Source: Eledone cirrhosa (taxonomy: Eukaryota). Taken from it: DNA of 64,000 nucleotides. The position numbers were made by a program, and so were the translations under genes. The stretch's first letter is position 1. The number at the start of each line of letters is the position of its first letter. Below the pieces are notes generated by a model that had not been told where the DNA came from, ran no database searches, and saw only the letters and a list, made by a program, of their open reading frames with translations. Positions 39,636-53,312 of the stretch are shown here, in pieces. The stretch is taken from the NCBI GenBank assembly GCA_964016885.1, contig OZ024742.1, forward strand, positions 55,862,001 through 55,926,000, given 5' to 3'.

Positions 39636-40263
39636 AGACTATATATGTGTTTGTGTCTATATTATATCTGTATTTTTGACCGTTGGTCAGTCAATAGTAA
39701 ATATTGAGGACCGAATAAATTAAATTAACTGATGTAAAATATACAGAAGCGAAAACCAACCAAACAGTGAGTGTGTTCTGTTATTAATTCTGGCAATATT
39801 ATTACAACAATATGACCCTCCCCAAGTATAACAATCTATATATATATATCAATAATATTAATAAATGGAAACTATCTCTATAAAACCATATTATTTTAAT
39901 ATATATATTTCAAGGATACCACAATCTTTTGGTACGCACACATCAGATATAATACAAAAGTTGTTTTATAGATAGGAGTGCTTCGAATCTGTTATAAATG
40001 AATTTGTTGAATAACCAACAAATTAAATGGCTGTCTGCATTACGACATTATGGCGCCGCTGAGTGTGTGTGTATATATATATGTGTATATATATAGTGTG
40101 TGTATATATATAGTGTGTGTGTAACGTTTTTCGAAATATTTACTTCTGCGTTCACAGATTGATATTTTAGTTTCAGAAACTTAAGGGTGAAACCACCAAT
40201 TCTTTGCTTAAACTTTAATTTCTTATTTTAATATATATAATACATATATATGTGTGTGTGTGT

Positions 40264-40356
<93 letters not shown>

Positions 40357-40429
40357 ATTATATATTCGTGTACAGATATTTCTGCATATACAATAACAAA
40401 ATATAAACAAACGTATTTATTTCATGAGG

Positions 40430-40506
40430 CCCGATAAGGATAAATATATATCAAATATATAAGAACCCTAGAGCGAATCCCGAGCAAAGCCGGGCCATTC
40501 TGCTAG
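40430..40506 (+). mobile_element. Helitron 3' terminus fragment
   Basis: cccgagcaaagccggg hairpin followed by ctgctag/t, similar to the end at 61352. Confidence 0.6.
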
Positions 40507-40524
40507 TATATATATAGATTAGCA

Positions 40525-40619
<95 letters not shown>

Positions 40620-42187
40620 TAATATCATATGCTGTAGAAACAGAATAACAACGTACAAAGATTCAGTAAATATCATGTCATCCTTGAACGGGCTAAATTT
40701 CAGTTTCCATGTTATTTCGCACCATCGTCACTTTTACACTACGTGTCTCTTTCTCTACTTGTTTCGCCATGTGTGTGCGCGCGCGTGTGTTTGTTAGTGT
40801 TTGTGTGTGAGTGTATGTGTGTGTGTTTGCATGTGTGCGTGTGTGTGTGTGTGTGTGTATTTGTATTTGTGAATGCATACTAGCAGTAGCACCAACATAT
40901 TATGGTTTATAATGGAGTTGTATTTGAGGCTGTGTTTACGTATATCAAATCTACGAGAAACATGCTATAAATAGCTGATCGCAGTAACATCGCACTCTAT
41001 GCAAATACGCATCTACAGTCGATGTTCGATATTTGGGTTCCCGTTGTTTGAACCACAGAACTGCCTGTTTTGGTAAATTAATGTACAAGTGACTTATTAT
41101 TCCCTAAAACCGTGCAACCTATCTTGGTTCCCGATGAGATTCAGCATGTCACAGTGTGCCACAATACTGACGCTTTGAAATATAGTTGTAATTCATTTTT
41201 CTATTTGAGTTGATTTCAGCAACGTCAAATATTATGACTTCCTCTAGAACACAACGAAACCCCAGTAAATGAATTCTCATTCTTAAGATCGTTAACTGAA
41301 CATTCTATCTAATAATCCACACGTCTTTTCAAACCTAATGTTTAAAACATTCGAACTTATATAACATTAGGGATTTTGCTGATTTCCGTATATAATATCT
41401 CTTGTCTGATATTTCCGGATAAACTTCCAGGATGAAAGATCTCCTTTAATCGACAAAAGAGTTCAGACGTTGTAGTAGATAGATTTTAGTAATTTATCCT
41501 CAAAATAAAGAGGGAAATATTGGAATTCATACGAACACCATTATATTGCATTTCCGTTTGTAAGAAAATGGTTTAGCAACAAGGAAAATATATCTCGAAT
41601 AATTTTAGTGAAAGGTGATAGTTAAATGTACAAAAATAAAACAAATCAATATATTTGAAGGATAGAACCATCAGAATTCCTGTATATGACAAAATGTTTT
41701 TTTTTTCATCTATCATGCCGTATATAAAAAGATATGCTTTACCCATATGCAATTAAAAGAAATAGTAATAGATAGTTTGAAAATGTCATCGTGTTTCTAT
41801 TTACGACCGTGGGAACAGGATATAATAAAATATTTTGAAACAAATTATTCACTACAACCAAAGATTTAGCAGTGAAAATCCTGATGGAATACGGATTTAT
41901 CTATAGCTGAAATCGATTCTAACATATGTTGCAACAGAGAACCTGATGAAAATAGTTACATATATTCTGCTAGCGTTATCAGGGCTTCCTTGAAGTGGAT
42001 ATTGATACAGCCAAACCGATTATATTGATGTCCACATATGTCTCATCTTTGTTTGATATTATTTATTTAGTTAGTTCTTTCTCCCTGGAGGTCCATGTAT
42101 CATTTACTGCATATTTATACACATTGCTTCATAACTATGATGCCATATATTACACGTATACACACACAGCATCACACTCATCTAGAT

Positions 42188-42234
<47 letters not shown>

Positions 42235-42239
42235 CACAG

Positions 42240-42312
<73 letters not shown>

Positions 42313-45300
42313 CGTGTGTGTGTGTGTGTGCGCGCGCGCGCGTATATATATATATATATATATACGCGCGCACACACACATACACACACACACATATATA
42401 TATGTGTATGTGTGCCTGTGTACTTTTATGTATAACGGGCTTGCACAGAACTTCCACCTACCAAATATTTGACATGCGTTATAAATCGATAATAAAATTC
42501 TATTGTAAATATCAATTCACATATCTGTTGCTCTTGAATACGTAAAGACCAAGTCTCCTATAGTCAATACCTATGAGAAAGCTTATTAAAACATTGATTA
42601 ATGACAAACACATTCTATTCTATGCAATAATTCCATTCTAATAATTAAGGCCTGAGGAAATATTCAATGTCGGTCTATTCTTTAGACGGTTCATAATTCG
42701 TTGATCTTGTTATCAAGGCATTTACTGGGTCGGCATACCTCAGAATTTACAAGTTGCTGCAATCCATATTACATATACAAACCCATAGCTTTTACACCCA
42801 CCAAATTTAACAATGTTTTCAAAAGGACATTTTGAAAGGGTTAAGTAAACTAACCGTGTGTACATAGTGTGACGACGGTGCCAGATATGAAGCATCGATT
42901 TTTCCAACTCAACACATTATCGATTCGGCCAATGGAACCATTGGACTCTAAAATATTTCGTGCATCCAGATATCGGTCTACGTTACATATCGATTATATT
43001 TGTGCATTACATGATGCTATCAATTAATTGCCATTATCTTTTGTTTCGTTTGTCACAGACCTTCTTCTTATCTCTCTTCTATATATTTCCCCGCTTCCTC
43101 TACATACTCTCTCACTTTCAATTTCTTTTATAAAGTTATCTCTTACCATTCATTTTTATATTCATATATCTTACCTCACTTTGTCTCTCTATATATCTGA
43201 ATAAAGATAACCAGCTGTCATCATAAATACTGATAAAGTATCATGAACTGAATTATTATTGATTTCCCCCACCCACTACTTTTCAGGAAGTTCTCACTCA
43301 AATAGAATATATGACATTTCAAAGTATGTGAAAGTCGGCCCGGAAAAGTCAATATGTAGAATAATGGCTTCCAGTCACCGATAAAATCTGAATGTCTCCT
43401 ATATCTCAAATACGTATCTGCTTTTCAACTGTTCTTAGCCTAAACCCTCACGTTGTATATGCGCACGTTGTATATGCGCACGTTGTATATGCGCAAACGC
43501 ATACGCACACATATACAAACTAATATAAATATGAATGGTTCGCCTCTCGATTATTAGGCCCCAGGTTCATTTCCACTAGGTTGTATCTTGCGCATGTCTC
43601 ATTTACCATATCTTCGGGTCGATCTATACCTTGTGAATACAATTAGGTAAAGGTAATTACTTGGAAGCCCATCTAACGAAATGGACTTAGATTGTCACAA
43701 AAATTTAGGGTATAAATGAATGAGAATTTCGCACACCTGTGATTTGTGCACACCTAACGTAATACGCAGGGGAATTCAGTATGAAACAATGTTTGGTGCG
43801 ACTGGCCCTTTAAACTACAAGGACACTCCTTCTAATGGGGTTCAAACAGATTAAGTTACATGTACACTATCTGATGGGCTTCCAAATAATTTCTGTCTAC
43901 ACAATTTTACTCATAACGTATCGCTCAACCCGAGCCTAATAGTAAATGACACCCAAAATGGCATGCAGTGGTGTAGAACCTTGCGCCTAATAATTGCAAA
44001 GCGAAATATTTGATGACTCGGTTTGTTGCGTCTCTGACATATATTATTCGTTTGGACAATGACGATTTCTTTATCCAATATTCGAATAAAAACTGAAAGA
44101 TTCTCAGTACCGTGATCTTTCCCAATTCTACATTATCAAAGCAATTCTAGGACAGGAACACGTATACATATTCATCAAATATATATTGAAATATTATGAG
44201 GTTGCAGATGACCTTTGCTAAACCGCAATTTCCTATGATTATACATCTCCAAAGTTTGTAATATATTTTATTTCTATCCTAACATGCACTAGCTCTCACA
44301 AATTCGAAATCCCCTTAATATTGCCTCTCTTTCTACTTATTTCATTTCCCCAATTTTTCTTTGTATATATCCATTTGCCTCTCGTAATTCATTTTTTGTG
44401 ACTCTGGCCCAGATCTGAGCACATATAAGCATTTACTAACGGAGATGTCTTGATGATCTATCCTTGGATCTTCACAACAGAGCTAATAAAGATTCAACTT
44501 TGTTGCATACAGTGTGTTAAGGTTTGCAGCATAAAAATATTCAATACATTATGATGCTAAGCTGAATTGATAAAGCAGTAGTTGCACTCTTTTGAAAGGA
44601 TTCATTTAGATTTGAATGTAGTAAGATCAGAAAATGTTTATTTTCGAGCGATTCATTAAGACATCAAATGCGATTGATCCTGAATCTCACATGAATTTTC
44701 AAAGATGAAAACACTATGTGAGCGTTTTAGGTAATTCTAATGAACCAAAAATTGTTAAAGGATAATTTTATGTATTTATATTATTGGAATTATTTAAAAA
44801 ATTCCTTTCGTTAATATAGTTTCTCCGTTTTCTCATATATAATTCAAGAATTGATGTAAATTGAAACTGTTGCGTTATTTCTAAACTCGTGTCTGCAGTT
44901 AAGGATCCCGCATCACATTGTAATTTTTCAAACTAAAGTTTTTATTAGAAAATTTTATATTAGCGTAATCTTTAGTTACAGAATTCTAAGGTTATTTTTA
45001 TCTTTCAACATCTTACGGATTCGAGTAAATAGCTGCTAATGAAAGATTTAACTTAATAACATTTCTTTTATTACAAGTGTTTCTTATATACACTTGTTAT
45101 AAAAAATATCGCAAATGTTAATATCTCATATTAAAACAGATATTTCATAAAGAATTCTACTGTTAATTGAGATAACTTAATATACTTGTAAGAAGCTACA
45201 AAATATCTCTTCACAATTAAAACATATCCATATTAACGTACAAATGTTTGTCCTCAAACGTTTTTAAGATACTTGTGGGAAAGTATACATATAATTTCTG

Positions 45301-45547
45301 TTTATCATGTCGATTGAGCGAATTCGTTAGTGATGCATAATTTTTCCGAGTGTGCCTCAGCATTCTGACTTTAAATTCTGCCGAAATCCATTTACATTTT
45401 TTCGGGGTCGATAAAGAAATTGCAAACAAAAGTTTGGTGAAGCCCTCTCTTCTTCCTGTTGTCGCATCCATGAACATAGCAGAGTTTCTAGCCATCATGT
45501 ATGTATAACATTATAGTTCATCAACATATTATTTCATACGGTGTATT

Positions 45548-45730
45548 GGGAGTATCGGTAGAGGGTCGGACGCCATTCTTTCCAGCATAGAGTTACGCCC
45601 GTTTACTGTCTGAGTTTAAATCCCGCGGAGGTGAACTTTGCCTTTCATCCTTACGGGGTCAATAAAATAAAGTACCAGTAATGTACTGGGATAATTGCTA
45701 GCCTTGTGCCAAATGTAGAAACAATTAATT
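45548..45730 (+). mobile_element. Nin-domain SINE, near full length
   Basis: tRNA-like head, gagtttaaatcccg, Nin core and 3' tail. Confidence 0.9.
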
Positions 45731-46313
45731 CATACACATATCTTTGATAGCAAATCATTATGACAAATACTTTCCCAGGACCACCGCATTGCAGTTGAGG
45801 TTGGCCGGATCCTCACATACCATTAGGGAGAAAATTAATTTAAGATCACCTTAATTACACAATCGTTCCAGTCCAACTATTTTTGCGGCATTAACGTTTC
45901 ACTGATCACCAAAGAAATATTCATCAAATGACACCTCAAACATTCTACCATATATCATGATTGTTATACCAGCTGTATGAGGAGATGCCACGAAGCGATT
46001 ATACCAGTATAGCCGTTAATATTCTTATGAAAAATATGAAAGTTGATTACCAACTAAAGTAATAAGGCAGATAAAAGAAATCTGCCAATAATGTGGTCAT
46101 AACGCTTATTTGGCGGTCATCGCAGTGTAACTAGCCAGCATATATATATACAGGAAGTGTAATGCGGAATTACTGTAGGTTTACCCCGGTGAGCACTGGA
46201 TGTTTAGGTTCACCTCGGTATCGAGCTATACAGTGTAGTATACAAGGACGAATGGTTACTCCTTCATTACGTTTATGAACGTAATGAAGGAGTAACAATT
46301 CGTCCTTGTTTTC

Positions 46314-46387
<74 letters not shown>

Positions 46388-46419
46388 TCAGAAAGAGAGA
46401 GTTATTATATCAAAAATGA

Positions 46420-46870
46420 GAAAATATTAAGTAACACCATGTCGTCTGCAAATTCCATCCGAATGATATTACACCACCGGTCGTGATACCACTTCCAACA
46501 AGCCTGCACATGTCAATCCACCTCATGAAATTAATGAACAGGATATGTGTCAATACGCATCCTTTGCGGAGTCCGACTCGTACATTGAATGGTTTCGATT
46601 TGGCACCATTCATCCAAATACAAATACTCGGCATTCGTATAGAGACATTGGGACAAGAAGTTGACCATCGATCCCATACATTTGGACAGATTTAACGGGC
46701 AAAACCAAGCCCGAGAAGAACCAGAGGTAGATGCTAAGCAAGATGGTTGGATGACATCCTTTAGCTGGTCTCGTTTGGGGACCAGCCGTATCAGTCGGAG
46801 ACGGTTACTTCTGACAGGACCCACTCGAAGGAGTTTTTGACGACTCTGCTTTGCATAACCCTCTCAGGCA
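46420..46870 (-). mobile_element. RTE-like LINE RT fragment
   Basis: NGAKSKPFNVRVGLRKGCVLTHILFINFM..LEFADDMVLL. Confidence 0.75.
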
Positions 46871-46877
46871 TGTGTGG

Positions 46878-46988
46878 AAGAAGAAGAAGAAGAAGAAGAA
46901 GAAGAAGAAGAAGAAGAAGAAGAAGAAGAAGAAGAAGAAGAAGAAGAAGAAGAAGAAGAAGAAGAAGAAGAAGAAGAAGAAGAAGAAG
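46878..46988. repeat. (AAG)n microsatellite
   Basis: Direct reading. Confidence 0.98.
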
Positions 46989-47039
46989 ATTAACGATTCA
47001 GACAAATTCATTCATTCATTTTTTTTTACGTCCACAACT

Positions 47040-47259
47040 GATTCTGGCTTGATTTCTACAGCTGGATGTCCTTCCTAACACCAACCTCATTTCCAATGAG
47101 TGGTGGGTGCTTTTTTGCGGGGGCACCTCCACGAACACTTTGCCACTACATGATAGGGATCCCAGTGCCTATCATCTCATTTCTACAGCTGAGTAAACTG
47201 GAGCAATGTGAACTAAAGTGCCTTGCTCAAGGAAACAATACATCACCCGGTCTGAGAAT

Positions 47260-47260
<1 letters not shown>
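47040..47260 (-). mobile_element. CORE-type SINE fragment
   Basis: actggagcaatgtgaactaaagtgccttgctcaaggaaacaa, the reverse complement of the CORE-like tccttgagcaaggcactt. Confidence 0.6.
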
Positions 47261-47299
<39 letters not shown>

Positions 47300-47302
<3 letters not shown>

Positions 47303-48162
47303 CCTCTTCCTCGCACTTCCACTCACTCACTCTCTGTTTCTCCCCTTCTCACTTCTTCCCGTTTGGCCTGTAGTGGGTTCTCTTCTTGCTTACATCTCAC
47401 TCACGCCGCTTGTTTTTTACTATCTTTGCGTTGCTATCCTTCCTTGTTGTTTACTGTCTCGCTCGCTTTACGCGATTTACTTGTCCCAATAGCTTTATTT
47501 AGCTATTGCTCGCACCAACCGGAGGTATATGATTTTTATAGCGATGAAATGCGAATGAAGGTGGAAAATCACTGACGAAGGACTATTTTTATCATATGTA
47601 ACCCATGTGCAGCCACGCAGTATTCTTTCTTATAATGTTTTTTATATATATGTTCCTCAGCTGCGTTTGTCTGTTTCTCTCTTACTGCTTCCCCGCTCTC
47701 TCTGTTTCTCTCACCTTCTTTCTTTCTCCCCCTCTGTCAGTTACACTTTCTCTCGACTGGCCTCTTCCTCACACTTCCACTCACTCACTCTCTGTTTCTC
47801 CCTTTCTCACTTCCTCCCGTTTGGGCTGTAGTTGGTTCTCCTCTTGCTCACATCTCACTCACGTTGGACGGTCTGTATTTCCCTCGATTATGAAATCCAC
47901 ACAGCTTAAGCTGACCGGATCCCCATGCGCTTGTTTTTTCCTATCTTTGCGTTGCTATCCTTCTTTGTTGTTTACTCTCGCACGCTTTACGCGATTTACT
48001 TGTCCCAATAGCTTTATTTAGCTATTGCTCGCATCAACCGGAGGTATATAATTTTTAAAGCGATGAAATACCAATGAAGGTTGGAAAATCACTGACGAAG
48101 GACTATTTTTATCATATGTAACACATGTGCAACCACGCAGTATTATTTCTTCTCGTGTTTTA

Positions 48163-48165
<3 letters not shown>
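47300..48165 (+). repeat. Partial tandem duplication (47300-47650 and 47758-48165)
   Basis: ggcctcttcctc..ccacgcagtatt is repeated; each copy has a lone CTGACGAAGG. Confidence 0.85.
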
Positions 48166-48194
<29 letters not shown>

Positions 48195-49224
48195 AACAAT
48201 ACAATTTAGGGTTAGTGTTAGGGGTATGAATTCAATTTGGCTTTCCTAGAGCTATTAGTCGTATTTAGGGTCGACTTGTATATCTTCTGGCACCTTATTA
48301 TTCCTATGTGTGGTTTGCCTGTTGCATTAATTTAATTTGGTTCTTTTAACAAGCAAAAATATATATATATAATTGCAGTCATTGTAAGTTTAAAGCTGAC
48401 ATGCAAGATCATATATATATGAATAAAGTAAGCCCAAATCATAGTAGATTCAAATATCACAGGGAGAAAAAGAGACAGAGAGAAAGGGAGAGGGGGGTGA
48501 GAAATGAGGTGCATCAGGAATGAAACATGGATTACAGGTTAAAATATAATCTAGAAAGATGAGAAACGAGGATGTAGGTTATATAACACTTACATGATTT
48601 AGAAGTCGACCTTCAATAGGAGCAATAACATTAAGAAAGGCATGTACAACATCACATCATTTTGTATTGAAAATTTTGAAAATAGGTTTATAAGAATGAA
48701 TTTTCTGAAGTTTCTCGTAGCTGTCTCGGTGGACTAGCGGTAGATGCTAGAGACGGTGACGATCCTGGTCTTGGGTTCAATCATGATCGGGACGTACATG
48801 TAGTGTTTTTCAATTTTTATTTTACATTCCATAGAAAAAAACTGAAAAGATTTACCGGGCGCCTTACTCCCGAACTGGATCGAACTTCAGAACAGGATCA
48901 CCACCATCTAAGATTCCGCCAACTAGGCCGCCAAGACAGCTCCAAAACGATAATAAAAATTAATTGTTATAAACTTATTTTCAAAAACAAATTTTAAAGT
49001 TGAGGTGTCCTTCATGGCCTTCCTAGAGTTATTATTCATATTTAGGGTCGACTTGTTAAACTTCTGGCTCTTTGATAACCACCTCATTATTCCTATGTGG
49101 GTTTAACTGTTTAATTAATTTAATTTGATTATTTTAACAAATGTGTATTATTATTATTTCTGGCAGTATTGCGGGCGTCGAGGTGGCGGTCGAGCTGCCT
49201 CCCGGACTCCCAGTCTATGAAGAG

Positions 49225-49430
49225 CAATGGATTGGCAGAATCAGTAGAGCACCGGACACCATGCTCTGTAGCATAGAATTACAGCCCTTTACGGTCTGAG
49301 TTCAAATCCCGCCGAGGTTAACTTTACCTTTCATCCTAACGTGGTCGATAAAATAAATCACCAGTAAAATTGTTGGCCTTGTGCTTAAGTCAGAAACCAT
49401 TATTTCTGTCAGTGGATTGGCAGTATCGGT
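49225..49430 (+). mobile_element. Nin-domain SINE
   Basis: ctgagttcaaatcccgccgaggttaactttacctttcatcctaacgtggtcgataaaat. Confidence 0.88.
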
Positions 49431-49604
49431 AGATTTACTCTCTCTGTCGCTCTTCACTCTCAAATATTATAAAGCTGAGGGTCGTCTCTCTCTCTCTTCC
49501 TCTTTCACCCTCTCTATAATTTAACTGCTTTACTCTCTGTCTCTCTTCACTCTCTAATGACAACACTCTTTTGCTTTCCGTATCTACCTTCAATATATCA
49601 ATTT

Positions 49605-49865
49605 ATACCCAGATTCTGCTGGATATCAGGCTGAGGAGGCCAAACTCCTCAAATACCGGTCGCTCTCCGACAGATTTGCGGTCATACCCCTGGCAGTGGA
49701 GACTTCTGGTGTCCTCAGCCCCAGGGCTACCTCCTTACTCACCACCATAGGCCCTGAGCTGGCCAGCCGCAGGTGAGAGCCCCGGGAGTTGGAGTGGCTT
49801 TTCCAGCGCGTCTCCTTTGCCGTCCTCCGGGGAATGCCCTCTCCATTCTGTCCACCGGGGCTGTG
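49605..49865 (+). mobile_element. CRE-clade retrotransposon 3' fragment (restriction-like endonuclease end)
   Basis: AEEAKLLKYRSLSDRFAVIPLAVETSGVL..EPRELEWLFQRVSFAVLRG(N)A. Confidence 0.8.
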
Positions 49866-50495
49866 GGTGGGCCCCATCGCGTAGCGTTGTAGTTGTTGCA
49901 TACATATATTAACTCATCAATCCCATTATTTATATCATATATCAACATAGAGATGAGCGTCTTATGTATGTTTATTTAAAAAGAATAATCTCCTTCAAAT
50001 TCGGTCAACACACAAGCAGGTAATACATACATCAAAAGGCAAACCTTTTAGAGAGACAGAGAGTGAAAGAGACACATTAGGAAAAGTACACACACACACA
50101 CATCTAAAGAGACAGAGAGAGAGAGAGAGAGAGAGGAGAGAGGAGAGATAGAGAGACAGGGAGAGAGAAACAGGGGGACGGGCAAGCAGGTAATAAATAC
50201 ATCTAAAATCATTCGGATACAAATATCATAATTTAATGGTTGCAGAGCGAAAATACAGACAAATATAATAATGTATGTATCCCACACACTTTTTCTGTCG
50301 TCGCTCGCATAAGTAACACACCCACGCGCGCACGCACACACACACACACACACACAAATACACATACTTTCACACCTGATTTCGCCAATTGCCTTATAAC
50401 ATCAAAACAAAACACAAAGACACACACGTGCACATACACACATACACAAACACACATACATATACACAAACACACACACACATATATCTATACTT

Positions 50496-50528
<33 letters not shown>

Positions 50529-51721
50529 GATCATTCCCCCTCTCTATAATTTAACTGCTTTACTCTCTCTGTTGCAATTCACTCTCTATATGACAACACT
50601 GTTTTAGTTTCCGTATCTCCCTTCAATATATACACATAGAGAGAGAGAGAGAGAAAGAGAGAGATTTAGAGAAAGATTAGGAAAACTACACACACACATC
50701 TACAGAGAGAGACAAAAAAACAGAGGGAGGGGAAAAGAGCGAGATAAGCCGTTAGACAGAGAGATATACAATTAAAGTGTTAGTTATTCAGAGAGAGAGA
50801 GAGAGGGAGAGAGAGAGAGAGAGAGAGAGGGGGAGAGAGAGAATCGGAAGGACAATGTGACACGGGATGGTCTGTGGTATCTTTGCAGTGGAGTGGTGGG
50901 GTCAGGTATACCTAGTCGGGCGCCAGCTGGAAGCGCCAGCTAGTATATATACGTGTGAGTGTGTGTGTGTGTATGTGTGTGTGCATGTGTGTGTATTATT
51001 TACTTGTTAAAATAATCAAATTAAATTACTTCAACAGTTAAACACACTTAGGAATAATAAGGTTGTTACTAAAGAGCCAGAAGATTCCTAAATATGACTA
51101 ATAGCTCTAGGAAAGCCATGAACGACACGACATCTTTTTAACATTGATTTTGAAAGTAGGTTTATAATTATTAATTTTCATAATTTATTTGTAGTTGCCT
51201 CGGATGCCTAGTATTAGGAAACATAGACAGTGGTGATCCTGGTCTGAAGTTCGTCCAGATCGGGAGTAGGGTTCTCGGTAAAATTTTTCAGGTTTTTTTC
51301 TATGGAATGAAAAATAAAAATTGAAAAAGACTGCATGTACCTCTCGACCAGGATTGAACCCAAGACCAAGATCTCCACCGTCTCTAATACCTACTGCTAG
51401 TCCACTGAGACAACTACGAAAATCCACTGAAATTTTCAATACAAAATGATATAAAGTTGTTCATGTCTTTCTTAATATTACTCCTACTTAAAGTCGATGT
51501 CATTTGGGTGTTCCATATACTAGATCCTCGTTTGTTTCTCATTTATCTAGACTATATTTTACCTAGAATCCATGTTTCACTTCTGTTGCACCTCATTTCT
51601 CCCCCTCACCATCTCTCTTCCGCTATGTGATATTTGAATCTACTATGATTTGGGCTTACTTTATTCAGATATATATATGTTTTTGCATGTCAGTTAGATT
51701 CAAACTTACAATGGTTAGCAT

Positions 51722-51794
<73 letters not shown>

Positions 51795-51975
51795 CGAAGG
51801 AAGTGTGGTAACGCACCAGAGTAGGAAAAGAGTCAGGACCCCGTAGGCTGACCTCCGGCTAGATGCAGTGACGGACTGGGTCTAAAAGTATTGGGTGCCA
51901 GAAGATTAAGGGGGCCGGCCTACATGTATGTTAAAGTGGAGTGTAAGTCTCTGTGTGTATATATATATATATATG

Positions 51976-52016
<41 letters not shown>

Positions 52017-52068
52017 ATACGTATGTATGCGTATGTGTGTATGTATATACATACATATATACACACAA

Positions 52069-52160
<92 letters not shown>

Positions 52161-52379
52161 GGGGTAACAAATAATAGTTAAATGCAGTCCACCTAGGTAA
52201 AGTCCAGTTATGGTATTCCAGGTAGTGGATGATATTAACGCTTGGCTTGGTTTGACTCAACAAGGCGTTTTCATAGTGATGCTGCGGTTATGCCGTAATT
52301 CCTATGTTGTAAACACTTGGAGTAATAATAAATCAGGAAAGAAGGTTGACATGGTTTGCTATACAAAAAAGGTTTAATC

Positions 52380-52494
52380 ACATAGCTTACATTTGTTTCA
52401 CTGAGCTGGTAGGTCTAGAGATCGCTATTCGCTTATTTTCGCGTTACTCAATCGCCAATACAAAATTATAACCTGTCAGATCTTCGGAGCATGC
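52380..52494 (-). ncRNA. Type I hammerhead with CCGAAGA core and 81-nt stem II
   Basis: GCAUGCU-CCGAAGA-UCUGA..UCAGU-GAAA-CAAAUG-UA|AGCUAUGU. Confidence 0.65.
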
Positions 52495-52873
52495 GAGGAT
52501 GAAGAAAATACACAGGCAAGAAAAGAATATACAGGCTACTATATGAAGTAGTAATGGCATTCAATTAGAACAATAACAACAATTACAACAATGCTATCAA
52601 TAAATTATTTAAGGAGACCCTGACATTACTTAGGTGGGGGTATATAATGTATCTAACGTTACGGCGTGTAAAACTAGCTGTCATGAGGCAAAAGAAAGCG
52701 TTTGGCATGTACAGAGTATCGAAGTGTATATCAATTTTAAATTTTAAAGATAAGCTAGTGTTTACAGTCTTTCTCTTCATCTTCAATAGTATACATGAGT
52801 GGGACAACATTGTCAAAGCTAAATAGTTGTTGAGTTAATACAGAGGTTAACGAAGTAATATACGCATATATTT

Positions 52874-52992
<119 letters not shown>

Positions 52993-53312
52993 TACACATG
53001 CATGTGTACATAGACACATACATACACATCAATATACACTCGTACAAAAATATACATACATGCAAAGAGATAAGCGTGCTAATTGTAATTATGGCAAAAA
53101 GAAGGTAAAGTTACATTGTAGTAGTGATTTGAGAAAAACTAGGATTTAGGATCAAATGATGGCAGCAGCTGAGAAGGAATAAGTTTGTTGGTAGATGAGG
53201 TACTTACAGACAATTATGTGGTATAGACTTGTGAAGGATATAGTATACTTAATGAATATATTTCTGTGGGTAGTAGTTGTCCTAATTTAAAGCTATGTTA
53301 TGTTGGTTCAAT

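Larger units (their letters stand above)
48375..51712. repeat. Large inverted repeat (arms 48375-49145 and 51003-51712) of an unclassified element
   Basis: For example tgaataaagtaagcccaaatcatagtagattcaaatatcaca versus tgtgatatttgaatctactatgatttgggcttactttattca. Confidence 0.85.

Noticed and set aside
41300-41990. Possible very old Penelope/Poseidon thumb remnant (IMPYIK)
   Set aside because: Too degraded to support by eye.
43447-43495. Short tandem repeats (15 bp x3; also 19-21 bp x2 at 28590) as a CRISPR-like array
   Set aside because: There are no spacers and the context is eukaryotic; these are simple local duplications.
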